Assembly: GCA_934087065.1 (NCBI GenBank)
Contig: CAKOIS010000002.1
Location: forward strand, 11,880 to 75,879
Direction of reading: 5' to 3'
Source of the DNA: an uncultured Bacilli bacterium
GTDB taxonomy: Bacteria; Bacillota_I; Bacilli_A; RF39; UBA660
Length of the DNA stretch: 64,000 nucleotides
Below the pieces are notes generated by a model that had not been told where the DNA came from, did no database searches, and saw only the letters and a list, made by a program, of their open reading frames with translations. Shown one piece after another: positions 28,474 to 37,592 of the stretch (the first letter of the stretch is position 1; each line of letters opens with the position of its first letter). The translations under genes and the position numbers were made by a program.

Positions 28474-29601
28474 TTATTTTGTTATTACATGACTAGTTAT
28501 TTCACTTTTAAATATAGATTTATCATTAACTATCAAACTATATAAATAACTTGCTTTTAATTCAGTATCCATAACATTCTTTTCAAACTTAGTATAAACG
28601 GGAATACTAATATTCTTTTTTATCTTTGAGTAGTACTTTTTTCCTTCACTAGATAAACCTAGTAACTTAATATAACTTAAATTTTTAGTGTTTTCCTTGT
28701 CTTTCTTAGTAAACCCTATAAATATATTAATAAGCATTCTATTTACTTTATTAATAGTAACTCTCTTATTACTTACATAACTTACTAATTCATCATAATT
28801 ATCACTCTTAAGAATAGCTTCATATATTCTTTTTTCTATACCTTCAGTTATTAAGTGATAATCATTTATTTTATCATACTCACTTATTACTTTATACTTA
28901 ATTAACAAGAACAACTTAGCATAGTCAATATTTCTAATATATTTCTTATTATATGGTATATACTTACTAATATTTATGTTACTTTTAAGTAATTCTCTTA
29001 TTTGATAAGCACTTATAATATCACTACTTATTATATTACTCTTAAAACTATTTGTTCTTTTAATAGGAACAACATTAATATTATAATTATTCTTTATTAT
29101 CTCTTTTATATAACTAACTGCTAAAATATCATTACTTTCTTTAATAGTGTAGCCAGTAATATCGTGTATGCTTTTTCCTAAACTAGTAGGGTAGTTATAA
29201 CCCTTATCTAAGTATTTCTTTACCAAACTATCAAACTCATTGTTATCTATTTGCACTTTGCTAATGGCTTTTAATTTATCTAAATTATTACTTTCACTTC
29301 CAAATACAAGAGTATCTATTTTAAAAGCACTGAGTATTTTTATAGCAGCATAACTAAATATATCACTAGACTGATTAGCATATATAAAAGGTATTTCTAA
29401 AACAATATCAATTCCATTCTCTAAACAAAGTTTAGTCTTAGTCCACTTATCTAAAACGCTTATTTCCCCACGCATAGTATAGTTAGCACTCATTGCAACT
29501 ACAATAATGCTATCTGGATACATTTCTTTAATTTTCTTAATTTGATAAATATGTCCATTATGTAGTGGGTTATACTCTGTAACAATTCCAATTACATTCA
29601 T
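28474..29601 (-). CDS. tmcAL: nucleotidyltransferase-superfamily protein, probably TmcAL (tRNA(Met) cytidine acetate ligase; YlbM/UPF0348 family)
   Basis: N-terminus GIVTEYNPLHNGHIYQI (HxGH-type). 375 aa. Confidence 0.6.
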   Translation of the reverse strand: MNVIGIVTEYNPLHNGHIYQIKKIKEMYPDSIIVVAMSANYTMRGEISVLDKWTKTKLCLENGIDIVLEIPFIYANQSSDIFSYAAIKILSAFKIDTLVFGSESNNLDKLKAISKVQIDNNEFDSLVKKYLDKGYNYPTSLGKSIHDITGYTIKESNDILAVSYIKEIIKNNYNINVVPIKRTNSFKSNIISSDIISAYQIRELLKSNINISKYIPYNKKYIRNIDYAKLFLLIKYKVISEYDKINDYHLITEGIEKRIYEAILKSDNYDELVSYVSNKRVTINKVNRMLINIFIGFTKKDKENTKNLSYIKLLGLSSEGKKYYSKIKKNISIPVYTKFEKNVMDTELKASYLYSLIVNDKSIFKSEITSHVITK

Positions 29602-29649
29602 TTTTCTTCACCAACAATATTTTACTAAAATAACACTCATTTTACAAGA

Positions 29650-31080
29650 TTAATTAAAACTTAATGTTCTAGGCTTCTTTAGTTCTATACTAAAGTCATC
29701 ACTTAGAACATCTTCAGTTAAAGTAATACTTTCTAATTCACCAGTCATAATAGGAATTAATAGTTTAGACTTAACTTCATTCATAATAGTAAGTAGTCCC
29801 CTTGCGCCTGTATCATTTTTAAGTGCAAGATAAACAACTTGATTAATAAACCCTTCTGTGTAGTCTATATCTACATCGTATAACTTACCAATTTGAATAA
29901 ATGACTTTAATGGACTAATATTCGAATTAAGTAAAATATCTAATAGAATATCTTTATTTAAATCATTTAACACTAGCTTTAAATTAAGCCTACCCATAAA
30001 TTCTCTATTCATACCAAATTCAATGTAATCTTTAGTATTTGATTTAACTATTTTAGTACTATTAAATCCAATTGAACTTTTGTTATCTTTAATTTTTGAG
30101 AATGCTCCTAAAAACACAAATGTAAGTAAACTTGTATCAAAAGAATATTCTTTTTTCCCAACGTTCACCTTAACACTAGTACCACTTATCCAAGTAAGCA
30201 ACTCTTGCATTAAACCTTTTCTAATTTCTAAAGTACTGTCCCCAAGTTTATCTATCTCGTCTAAACAAATAATACCTCTTTTAGCTCTAGATAAGTCTCC
30301 ACCTGTTTTTCTAATCAAATCAGCTAAAACTGTTTTTAAACTTTCTCCAACATATCCAACTGTACTATAGTTAGTCGCACTTCTTACAACTACAGGAATA
30401 TCTAAAATGCTAGATAACTCATTAACCATCAAAGTTTTACCTGTACCAGTACTACCATCAAGTAAAATATTAACTTTTTGAGTTCTAATTAAATCTATAT
30501 TTTCAGTTTCAACTATCTTTTGATTTAAGACTATATTAGGTACTAAACTCTCTAGTATTTTATCTTGTCCTTTAATCTTACACTCCATCTGTTCAATTAT
30601 ATCTAGTATATCAATTCTTTTATCAATGAAATTAGGATTCAAAACTTTTTCAAGTTCAGCCATTGCAGTATATATTTGAGTTCTATAATATTCCTTTATA
30701 ATTTCTGTTTTTCCCCCATTAAAATTCATACTATTAGTAGGGTGTTCAATGAAATTATTTTCTATCTTAATTTTATTGAAGTCTAAATTAGTGCAGTAAT
30801 TAACTAAACTTTCTAATTTCTCATCAATATTTGAAGTATAGTCTCCATTTATAATTTGAAATAACTTAGTATCAAATAACTTAATAGCATTAGTATTAAC
30901 TGTAGTTTCAAACTTAACATTAACCATTTTTAAATCAGACAAATTAGTATCCTTATATCTACCAGTTTTAATTACTTCGTCAACTGAAAAGAACACACTA
31001 TCTATGTCTAAATACAAATTCCTCGCGTCTAACTCACTTTCCTTAGCAATGAAAATAATTCCAAAATCTATCTTTGACAT
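29650..31080 (-). CDS. ClpX-like AAA+ ATPase lacking the N-terminal zinc-ribbon domain (476 aa)
   Basis: Walker A DGSTGTGKTL and Walker B ICLDEIDKL. The ATNYSTVGYVGESL and LTFVFLGAF blocks are colinear with ClpX/HslU. The N-terminal 190 aa have no recognisable motif. Confidence 0.6.
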   Translation of the reverse strand: MSKIDFGIIFIAKESELDARNLYLDIDSVFFSVDEVIKTGRYKDTNLSDLKMVNVKFETTVNTNAIKLFDTKLFQIINGDYTSNIDEKLESLVNYCTNLDFNKIKIENNFIEHPTNSMNFNGGKTEIIKEYYRTQIYTAMAELEKVLNPNFIDKRIDILDIIEQMECKIKGQDKILESLVPNIVLNQKIVETENIDLIRTQKVNILLDGSTGTGKTLMVNELSSILDIPVVVRSATNYSTVGYVGESLKTVLADLIRKTGGDLSRAKRGIICLDEIDKLGDSTLEIRKGLMQELLTWISGTSVKVNVGKKEYSFDTSLLTFVFLGAFSKIKDNKSSIGFNSTKIVKSNTKDYIEFGMNREFMGRLNLKLVLNDLNKDILLDILLNSNISPLKSFIQIGKLYDVDIDYTEGFINQVVYLALKNDTGARGLLTIMNEVKSKLLIPIMTGELESITLTEDVLSDDFSIELKKPRTLSFN

Positions 31081-31217
31081 AAAACCACTTCCTAAATGTC
31101 TTTTATTCTATCAAATATGATTTACAAAATCAAGAAAAAATCAAATTTTACTCTTTAAAAAAACTAATCTTTATGATATACTTAATTATAGTAGGAAAGG
31201 ACTAAAGAGGTGAAGGT

Positions 31218-33011
31218 ATGAAAAAGAATAAAAAGAACGTTCATAAAGTTTCATTATTTACTAATTTGTCCTATGTTCTTAAACAAATGGCAACTGAATT
31301 ATATAAAACAGCTAAGTTTGCTGGGTTAGGCTTATTTAAAGTTTTTGATTTTATAATGACTAACTTAATTACAATAGTAACATATATTTTCTATGCGATA
31401 TATTATATTAGTATGTATATTGGAAAATTTACTTATACTTTAGGTAAATTCATGTATTATAAAGTGTTTAAACCTATTGGTTTTGAAGTATATTATTTAT
31501 TTAAAGCAATGTACTTGGGTGCTTACAGGGTAGGTAAAATATTATTTTATGAAATTCCTTTATTTATATTTAACTCATTTAGTGACTTTTTTGACTTGAT
31601 AAGAAAAAAATTAAAACTATTAAAAGAAAGACTAATGTATTTCTTTAAACATACACCTAATACAGTTAAAAATTACTTCTTAGATAGATTTAACAATATT
31701 AGTATAGTAAAACACTATAGGAATAAGAAAGAAAGAGAATTAGAAGTTCTATTAATAGATAAGTTTGGTAAAGATGCTGAAAGGACCAGCAAAAAACAGA
31801 CTTATAAATACTTAGTAAGAAATGAAGAAGGTAAACTAATTACTGGATATTTTGCAGCTTTATCTAGGTTAGATGTGCATTCATACTTACTTGATGAAGG
31901 ATATGAAGTATACGAGATTAAAACAAACTGGTGGATAAATTTTGCACATGGAGAAAGTAAGTACTTAGAAAAGCAAATGAAAGCAAAAGACTTAATTTTC
32001 TGGTTAGCCCAGTTAAGTACTTATTTAAAAGCAGGAATACCACTTACTGATTCAGTTAAAATACTTGCTGAACAAGATAAAAGAAAAAAATATAAAAAGA
32101 TATATGACTCAGTTATATATGAGTTATCTATGGGTGAAGCATTTAGTGATGCTTTAAGAAAACAAGGAAGTGTGTTTCCACCTTTACTAATTAATATGAT
32201 TAAAGGTGCAGAACTAATAGGAGACTTAGAAAACACACTTGACGATATGAGTAAATACTATGAAGAAAGAGAATCAACTAGAAAACAATTAATAGGTTCA
32301 CTTGTATACCCAGCTGTAATACTAGTGTTCTCATTAGTTGTAGTAATATTTATGGTAGTATATATAATACCTCAATTTGAAGGAATATACTCAAGCTTAG
32401 GTGCAGAGTTAAACCCAATAGTATTATTCTTACTTAAATTTAGTGCATTCTTAAAAACTAATTATATGTTACTAATTGCAGGATTTATATTAGTAGTAGT
32501 ACTATTAACATTTATGTATAAAAAAGTTAAAGCTTTTAGAACACTAGTACAATATATAGCAATGCATCTACCATTAGTAGGGAAACTAATTATATATAAT
32601 GAAATGCACTTATTTGCAAAAACATTTAGTGTACTTAATAAAAATAATGTACTTTTAACTGATAGTATAGATATACTTAGTAAAATAACTAGTAATGAAT
32701 TTTATAAAATGATAATGTATGACACAATTAGTAACTTATTAAGAGGAGACAAAATAAGTTTATCATTTAAAGACAACTGGGCTGTTCCAACACTAGCTTA
32801 TTACATGATATCAACTGGTGAAGCAACAGGTGAATTAAGTGAAATGTTAGAAAAAGTAAGCGTTTATTATGAACAAGAACAAAGAAACTTGGGTAACTCA
32901 TTAAAAACGCTAATTGAACCAATACTTATGATTATATTAGCTGTTATAGTTGGTGGAATAATGATTTCTATAATCGTGCCAATGTATGATATAACAAAGA
33001 ACATCTTGTAG
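31218..33011 (+). CDS. pilC: type IV pilus inner-membrane platform protein (PilC/GspF family) with a ~190-aa N-terminal extension
   Basis: Two GspF-type domains. The canonical PilC N-terminus (TYKYLVRNEEGKLITGYFAALS) begins around aa 196. Strong RBS agaggtgaagg at 31218. Confidence 0.8.
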   Translation: MKKNKKNVHKVSLFTNLSYVLKQMATELYKTAKFAGLGLFKVFDFIMTNLITIVTYIFYAIYYISMYIGKFTYTLGKFMYYKVFKPIGFEVYYLFKAMYLGAYRVGKILFYEIPLFIFNSFSDFFDLIRKKLKLLKERLMYFFKHTPNTVKNYFLDRFNNISIVKHYRNKKERELEVLLIDKFGKDAERTSKKQTYKYLVRNEEGKLITGYFAALSRLDVHSYLLDEGYEVYEIKTNWWINFAHGESKYLEKQMKAKDLIFWLAQLSTYLKAGIPLTDSVKILAEQDKRKKYKKIYDSVIYELSMGEAFSDALRKQGSVFPPLLINMIKGAELIGDLENTLDDMSKYYEERESTRKQLIGSLVYPAVILVFSLVVVIFMVVYIIPQFEGIYSSLGAELNPIVLFLLKFSAFLKTNYMLLIAGFILVVVLLTFMYKKVKAFRTLVQYIAMHLPLVGKLIIYNEMHLFAKTFSVLNKNNVLLTDSIDILSKITSNEFYKMIMYDTISNLLRGDKISLSFKDNWAVPTLAYYMISTGEATGELSEMLEKVSVYYEQEQRNLGNSLKTLIEPILMIILAVIVGGIMISIIVPMYDITKNIL

Positions 33012-33022
33012 GGGGAAACAAA

Positions 33023-33760
33023 ATGATTTACGTATTTATATTTATAACTGGTGTATGCCTAGGAAGTTTTTATGCTTGTATAGGCTACAGAATTCCAAAC
33101 AAAATTAGTACAGTAAAACCTAGTAGTTTTTGTCCAAACTGTAAAAAAAGTTTAAAGTGGTATATGAATATACCACTTCTAAGCTATATATTTTTAAAAG
33201 GAAAATGCGCTTACTGTAAAGAAAAGATAAGTATAACTTACTTTCTAATAGAACTAACTACAGGAATACTTTTCTTAATAAGCTACATGATATTTGGATT
33301 AAACTATCAATTAATAGTAGTATTAACTCTAATAAGTGCCTTAATGGTTAGTTTAGTAACAGACTTAAAATATTACTACATTTCAGATAGAGTAATAGTA
33401 GTTTCTTCTATTTTAGTAGCGTTTACTTACTTAAAATTCTTAGGAGTTAACTCATTTTTAAGCCATATACTATCAGGCGCTTTGATGTTTATATTAATGT
33501 ATTTACTAAAAATAATAACTACAAAAATATTTAAAAAAGAGTCACTAGGTGACGGGGACATCAAACTAATGATACTTATTGGTTTAACACTAGGAGTGTT
33601 TAACTCGTTTATTTCTTTATTTATATCAAGCGTAACAGCGCTTATATATACAATACTATTTATAAAGAAGAAAGATGCACTTATCCCATTTGGACCTTTC
33701 CTTTTAATAGGTGCGATAGTTACATACATTCTAGTTTTTTATCAAATAACTATAATATAG
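33023..33760 (+). CDS. pilD: prepilin peptidase (A24 family)
   Basis: N-terminal CPNC...CAYC zinc-binding module. Catalytic-region motif GDGDIKLM. Polytopic membrane protein. Confidence 0.85.
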   Translation: MIYVFIFITGVCLGSFYACIGYRIPNKISTVKPSSFCPNCKKSLKWYMNIPLLSYIFLKGKCAYCKEKISITYFLIELTTGILFLISYMIFGLNYQLIVVLTLISALMVSLVTDLKYYYISDRVIVVSSILVAFTYLKFLGVNSFLSHILSGALMFILMYLLKIITTKIFKKESLGDGDIKLMILIGLTLGVFNSFISLFISSVTALIYTILFIKKKDALIPFGPFLLIGAIVTYILVFYQITII

Positions 33761-33854
33761 TCTCATTTCGTAAAAACTTGCAAATGCAGGAAAGTTCGGA
33801 ATGAGTTTTTATAAAATATGTAAAACATGTGAAAAAAACTTGAAATATAGTGCT

Positions 33855-34049
33855 TTTTTTGATAAGATTATCTTGTAATAAAGATAGGAAGTGAAGTACA
33901 TGAAAATTAACTCTTTAGTACAAAATAAAGTACAAAATGGGGGGGGGTTATTTAACTAGCATAAATAACTATAGTTTTTCATGTGCAATTAAATGGATAG
34001 AATAAGTCTATCCATTTTTCGTGTCTTAAAAAGAAAGGAGAGCATTAAT
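33855..34049 (+). promoter_or_regulatory. conserved leader, copy 3: palindrome gataagattatc, uORF from ATG 33900, G9 tract 33939-33947, perfect 11-bp hairpin plus T-run about 33991-34026
   Basis: Homologous to the other three leaders. The hairpin aaatggataga-ataag-tctatccattt is followed by tttcgtg. Confidence 0.6.
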
Positions 34050-35531
34050 ATGCAACGAAAACAATTAACACTTGTAATAGTAAGCTTACTTGTAGTAGTA
34101 CTAAGTGTATCACTAGCTTACTTTACAGCACAAATAATAGGAAAGGGGAAAACTGTAGACGTTAGTAGTGCTAACTTACAAATAGTATTTACAGATAGTG
34201 ATGGAGCTTTAACAGAAACTGATATAGAACCAGGCTGGAGTGCAACTAAAACATTTACTATTAAAAATGATACTAAGACAGAATACAAATATAATATAGT
34301 AATAAAAGACTTATTAAATACTTTTGTAACAGAAGGATATTTACAATACAAAATAACTAGTACAAACGATGGATATAATATGACTGAGTTTAAAGATATT
34401 CCAAAGTCTAGTATAGCAACAGATACAATACTAGCTTATAGTGTAGTAATACCTAATGGAGTAACACAAAGTTACACAATTGAATTTAAGTATGCAAACG
34501 ATGAAAGTGTAGACCAAAGTGATGATATGGGTAAGAAACTAAGTGGAACATTATTTATAACTGAAGGAACAGAAGATCCAAATAAAACACTATATAATCA
34601 ATTACTTGTAGACAAATCAACAGTATTAACAAGAACAGACTTTAGTAAAGTTTTAACAGATAATAATACAAACACATTATATACTTCTACTGAAGACAGT
34701 AAAACAGTATATTATTTTGCAGGGAATGCAACAGATAACTGGGTAAAGTTTGGAAAGAATGAAAGTAATCAAGATTTATACTGGAGAATAATAAGAACAA
34801 ACTCAGATGGTGGAGTAAGACTACTATATCATGGCACAAGTACTACAGCAACAGACGCATATATAGGAATATCAAAATTTAATACAGAATATAATGATCC
34901 AATGTATGTAGGATATATGTATGGAACAAGCGGATCACTAGTAAACAACAGAACAAATATAAGTGATAGTACAATAAAAACAACACTAGATAATTGGTAT
35001 AAAGATAATTTGAATACAAATTATGGAAAATACTTAAGTACAACAGCAGTATATTGTAACGATAGAAGTACATCAAATGATACATCCTTTGGAGCATTCA
35101 CAAGACTAAAAACAAATAAAACACCAAGTTATGACTGTGCAGCAACAGAAGACAAATTCACAGTAGATAATAGTACAGGCAACGGTAAACTAACATACCC
35201 AATAGCCTTAATGACAGCAGACGAAGTAAGTTTTGCAGGTGGACTATGGGCAACAAATGCTTCTACTTGGTATTATTATAATAGTGCAAACGGAAGCTCA
35301 ACAGGCTCAAACTGGTGGTGGTTGTTGTCTCCTCGCCTTTGGATTGGCGGCTACGCTAGCGTGTTCAACGTGAACGGTTCGTCCGGCCCTGGCCGCTTGT
35401 ACTTCGACGACGTCAACAACTCTTACGGTGTGCGTCCGTCAGTTTCTCTCAAATCTTGTGTCAAGACAAGTGGTGGAGATGGCTCAGCAAGCACACCATA
35501 CACAATAGAAGAAACTTCAAGTGGATGCTAA
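34050..35531 (+). CDS. secreted/surface protein, paralog 3 (493 aa; start moved from 33993 to the conserved MQRKQ ATG)
   Basis: RBS aaaggagag plus ATG 34050 is the position conserved in paralogs 2 and 4. C-terminus WWLLSP...GVRPSVSLKSC. Confidence 0.85.
   Translation: MQRKQLTLVIVSLLVVVLSVSLAYFTAQIIGKGKTVDVSSANLQIVFTDSDGALTETDIEPGWSATKTFTIKNDTKTEYKYNIVIKDLLNTFVTEGYLQYKITSTNDGYNMTEFKDIPKSSIATDTILAYSVVIPNGVTQSYTIEFKYANDESVDQSDDMGKKLSGTLFITEGTEDPNKTLYNQLLVDKSTVLTRTDFSKVLTDNNTNTLYTSTEDSKTVYYFAGNATDNWVKFGKNESNQDLYWRIIRTNSDGGVRLLYHGTSTTATDAYIGISKFNTEYNDPMYVGYMYGTSGSLVNNRTNISDSTIKTTLDNWYKDNLNTNYGKYLSTTAVYCNDRSTSNDTSFGAFTRLKTNKTPSYDCAATEDKFTVDNSTGNGKLTYPIALMTADEVSFAGGLWATNASTWYYYNSANGSSTGSNWWWLLSPRLWIGGYASVFNVNGSSGPGRLYFDDVNNSYGVRPSVSLKSCVKTSGGDGSASTPYTIEETSSGC
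35313..35450 (+). other. putative DGR variable region (VR) of paralog 3
   Basis: 17 A in about 138 nt within an AT-rich genome. All but one A lie in NNC codons (att, tac, agc, aac, aac, tac, gac, gac, aac, aac, tac). Scaffold codons (tgg tgg ttg ttg tct cct ... ggt tcg tcc ... cct ggc cgc ttg ... ggt gtg cgt ccg) are A-free. Confidence 0.55.
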
Positions 35532-35558
35532 TAGTATAAAATTAAATACTGAAAAGAA

Positions 35559-35590
35559 AGAGATAATTAAAAATATTATCTTTTTTCTAT
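35559..35590 (+). terminator. rho-independent terminator (agataat...attatcttttttc)
   Basis: Hairpin plus a T-run after paralog 3. Confidence 0.55.
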
Positions 35591-35670
35591 GTTTGGCTTT
35601 GCAAAAAGTAAAATCTTGTGATATGATTAAATGGTAAGAAAAGTAAAGACAGTGTATATATTTACACATT

Positions 35671-37590
35671 ATGTTAGGAAGTGAAAGAATGGCTTATGAT
35701 GATAAAAGCATAAAAATATTAGAAGGCTTGGAAGCAGTTAGAAAGCGTCCTGGTATGTATATAGGCTCTACTGATAAAAGAGGATTACATCATTTAGTTT
35801 GGGAAATTGTTGATAATGCAGTAGATGAAGCAATAAACGGATACGGTAATATAATTAAAGTGACTTTAACTAAAACTGGTAGTGTTATTGTTGAAGATGA
35901 AGGCCGTGGTGTACCATGTGGAATGCATGAAAGTGGAAAAAGTACACCTGAAGTAATTTATACAGTTTTACATGCTGGTGGTAAATTTGAAACTGATGGG
36001 TACAAAGTAAGTGGTGGCTTACATGGCGTTGGTGCAAGTGTTGTAAACGCATTATCCAAAAAGATGGTAGTTACTATTTGTAGAGATGGTAGTATAAGTG
36101 AAATTAGTTTTAAAAATGGTGGACACGTTGACGTGCCATTAAAGAAAATAGGTACAACTAGAAAAACTGGTACAAAGGTAGAATTTTGGCCTGACCCTGA
36201 AATATTTGATACAGTTAAATTTAGTTTTAGTACTATTGAAGAAAGAATGCAAGAAAGTGCATTTTTAATAAATGATTTAACAATTGAAATTAATGATGAA
36301 AATGAAGATAAACACGTGAACTTTCATTATGAAAATGGACTAGTTAGTTTTGTTGAATACATTAATGAAAATAAAACACCTTTACATAAAGTAATTGATA
36401 TGGAAGGGACTAAAAATGGAATAGAAGTTAAAATTGCAATGTGCTATACTGACTCATATAGTGAAAATATCATATCATTTGTAAATAATGTTAAAACAAT
36501 TGATGGAGGAACTCATGAAGTTGGTTTTAAAACAGCTGTTACTAAAGTGTTTAACGAGTATATTAAAAATAATAATTTATTAAAAGGAAAGAGTACTACT
36601 TTAGAAGGAAGTGATACTAGAGAAGGCTTAACTGCAGTAATAAGTGTTAATATTCCTGAAAATATGTTACAGTTTGAAGGACAAACTAAAGGGAAGTTGG
36701 GTACACCTCAAGCTAAAGCTGTAGTAGAAAGTATTGTTTATGAAAAATTAAGTTATTACTTAGAAGAAAATAAGAGTGTTGCTTCTTTAATAATGGATAA
36801 AGCACTTAAAAGTAAAGTTGCACGTGAAGCTGCTAGAAAAGCTAGAGAAGAAGCAAGAAGTGGTAAAACTAAAAGTGATAAAAATAAGATACTTAATGGT
36901 AAGCTTACTAAGGCTGCTGGAAAAGACCCAAGTAAGAATGAGTTATTCTTAGTAGAAGGAGACTCAGCTGGAGGTAGTGCTAAAACAGGAAGAAACCGTG
37001 AAACACAGGCTATTCTACCTTTAAGAGGTAAGGTTTTAAACTGTGAAAAAGCAAGTACTAATGATATAAATGGAAATGAAGAAATTAATCAAATTATTCA
37101 AACAATAGGTGCAGGTATTGGAAGTGATTTTGATCCTAAAGAAAGCAATTATGGTAAAGTTATAATTATGACCGATGCGGATGATGATGGGGCACATATT
37201 CAAATATTATTAATTACTTTCTTCTATAGATTTATGAAAGGTTTAATAGAAAATGGAATGCTATATATTGCGAATCCACCACTTTATAGTATTGAATACA
37301 ATAAAACAAAAGAGTATATTCAAACTGATGAAGAACTAGCTATTAAAAGAAAAGAAATTAAAGGTGCTTATAAAATAAACAGATTTAAGGGACTTGGTGA
37401 AATGGACGCTGAAGAGTTATTTGAGACAACTATGGATCCAAGACATAGAAGTTTAATAAAGGTTAATATAGAAGATGCGATGCTTGCTGAAAAAAGAGTA
37501 AGTGTGTTAATGGGAGATAAAGTTGAGCCTAGAAAAGACTGGATAAATGAGAATGTTGACTTTACTCTAGAAGATGATTTTAGGAGGTAA
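35671..37590 (+). CDS. type IIA topoisomerase ATPase subunit B (ParE or GyrB)
   Basis: LEGLEAVRKRPGMYIGS, GHKL ATPase, TOPRIM (EGDSAGGS) and PLRGK motifs. 639 aa. Confidence 0.85.
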   Translation: MLGSERMAYDDKSIKILEGLEAVRKRPGMYIGSTDKRGLHHLVWEIVDNAVDEAINGYGNIIKVTLTKTGSVIVEDEGRGVPCGMHESGKSTPEVIYTVLHAGGKFETDGYKVSGGLHGVGASVVNALSKKMVVTICRDGSISEISFKNGGHVDVPLKKIGTTRKTGTKVEFWPDPEIFDTVKFSFSTIEERMQESAFLINDLTIEINDENEDKHVNFHYENGLVSFVEYINENKTPLHKVIDMEGTKNGIEVKIAMCYTDSYSENIISFVNNVKTIDGGTHEVGFKTAVTKVFNEYIKNNNLLKGKSTTLEGSDTREGLTAVISVNIPENMLQFEGQTKGKLGTPQAKAVVESIVYEKLSYYLEENKSVASLIMDKALKSKVAREAARKAREEARSGKTKSDKNKILNGKLTKAAGKDPSKNELFLVEGDSAGGSAKTGRNRETQAILPLRGKVLNCEKASTNDINGNEEINQIIQTIGAGIGSDFDPKESNYGKVIIMTDADDDGAHIQILLITFFYRFMKGLIENGMLYIANPPLYSIEYNKTKEYIQTDEELAIKRKEIKGAYKINRFKGLGEMDAEELFETTMDPRHRSLIKVNIEDAMLAEKRVSVLMGDKVEPRKDWINENVDFTLEDDFRR

Positions 37591-37592
37591 TT

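Noticed and set aside
33993-34049. Upstream in-frame ATG at 33993 proposed by the ORF track as the start of paralog 3
   Set aside because: The extension covers the conserved noncoding leader and hairpin. Paralogs 2 and 4 start at the MQRKQ ATG with a conserved RBS (aaaggag). The 33993 ATG has no RBS.
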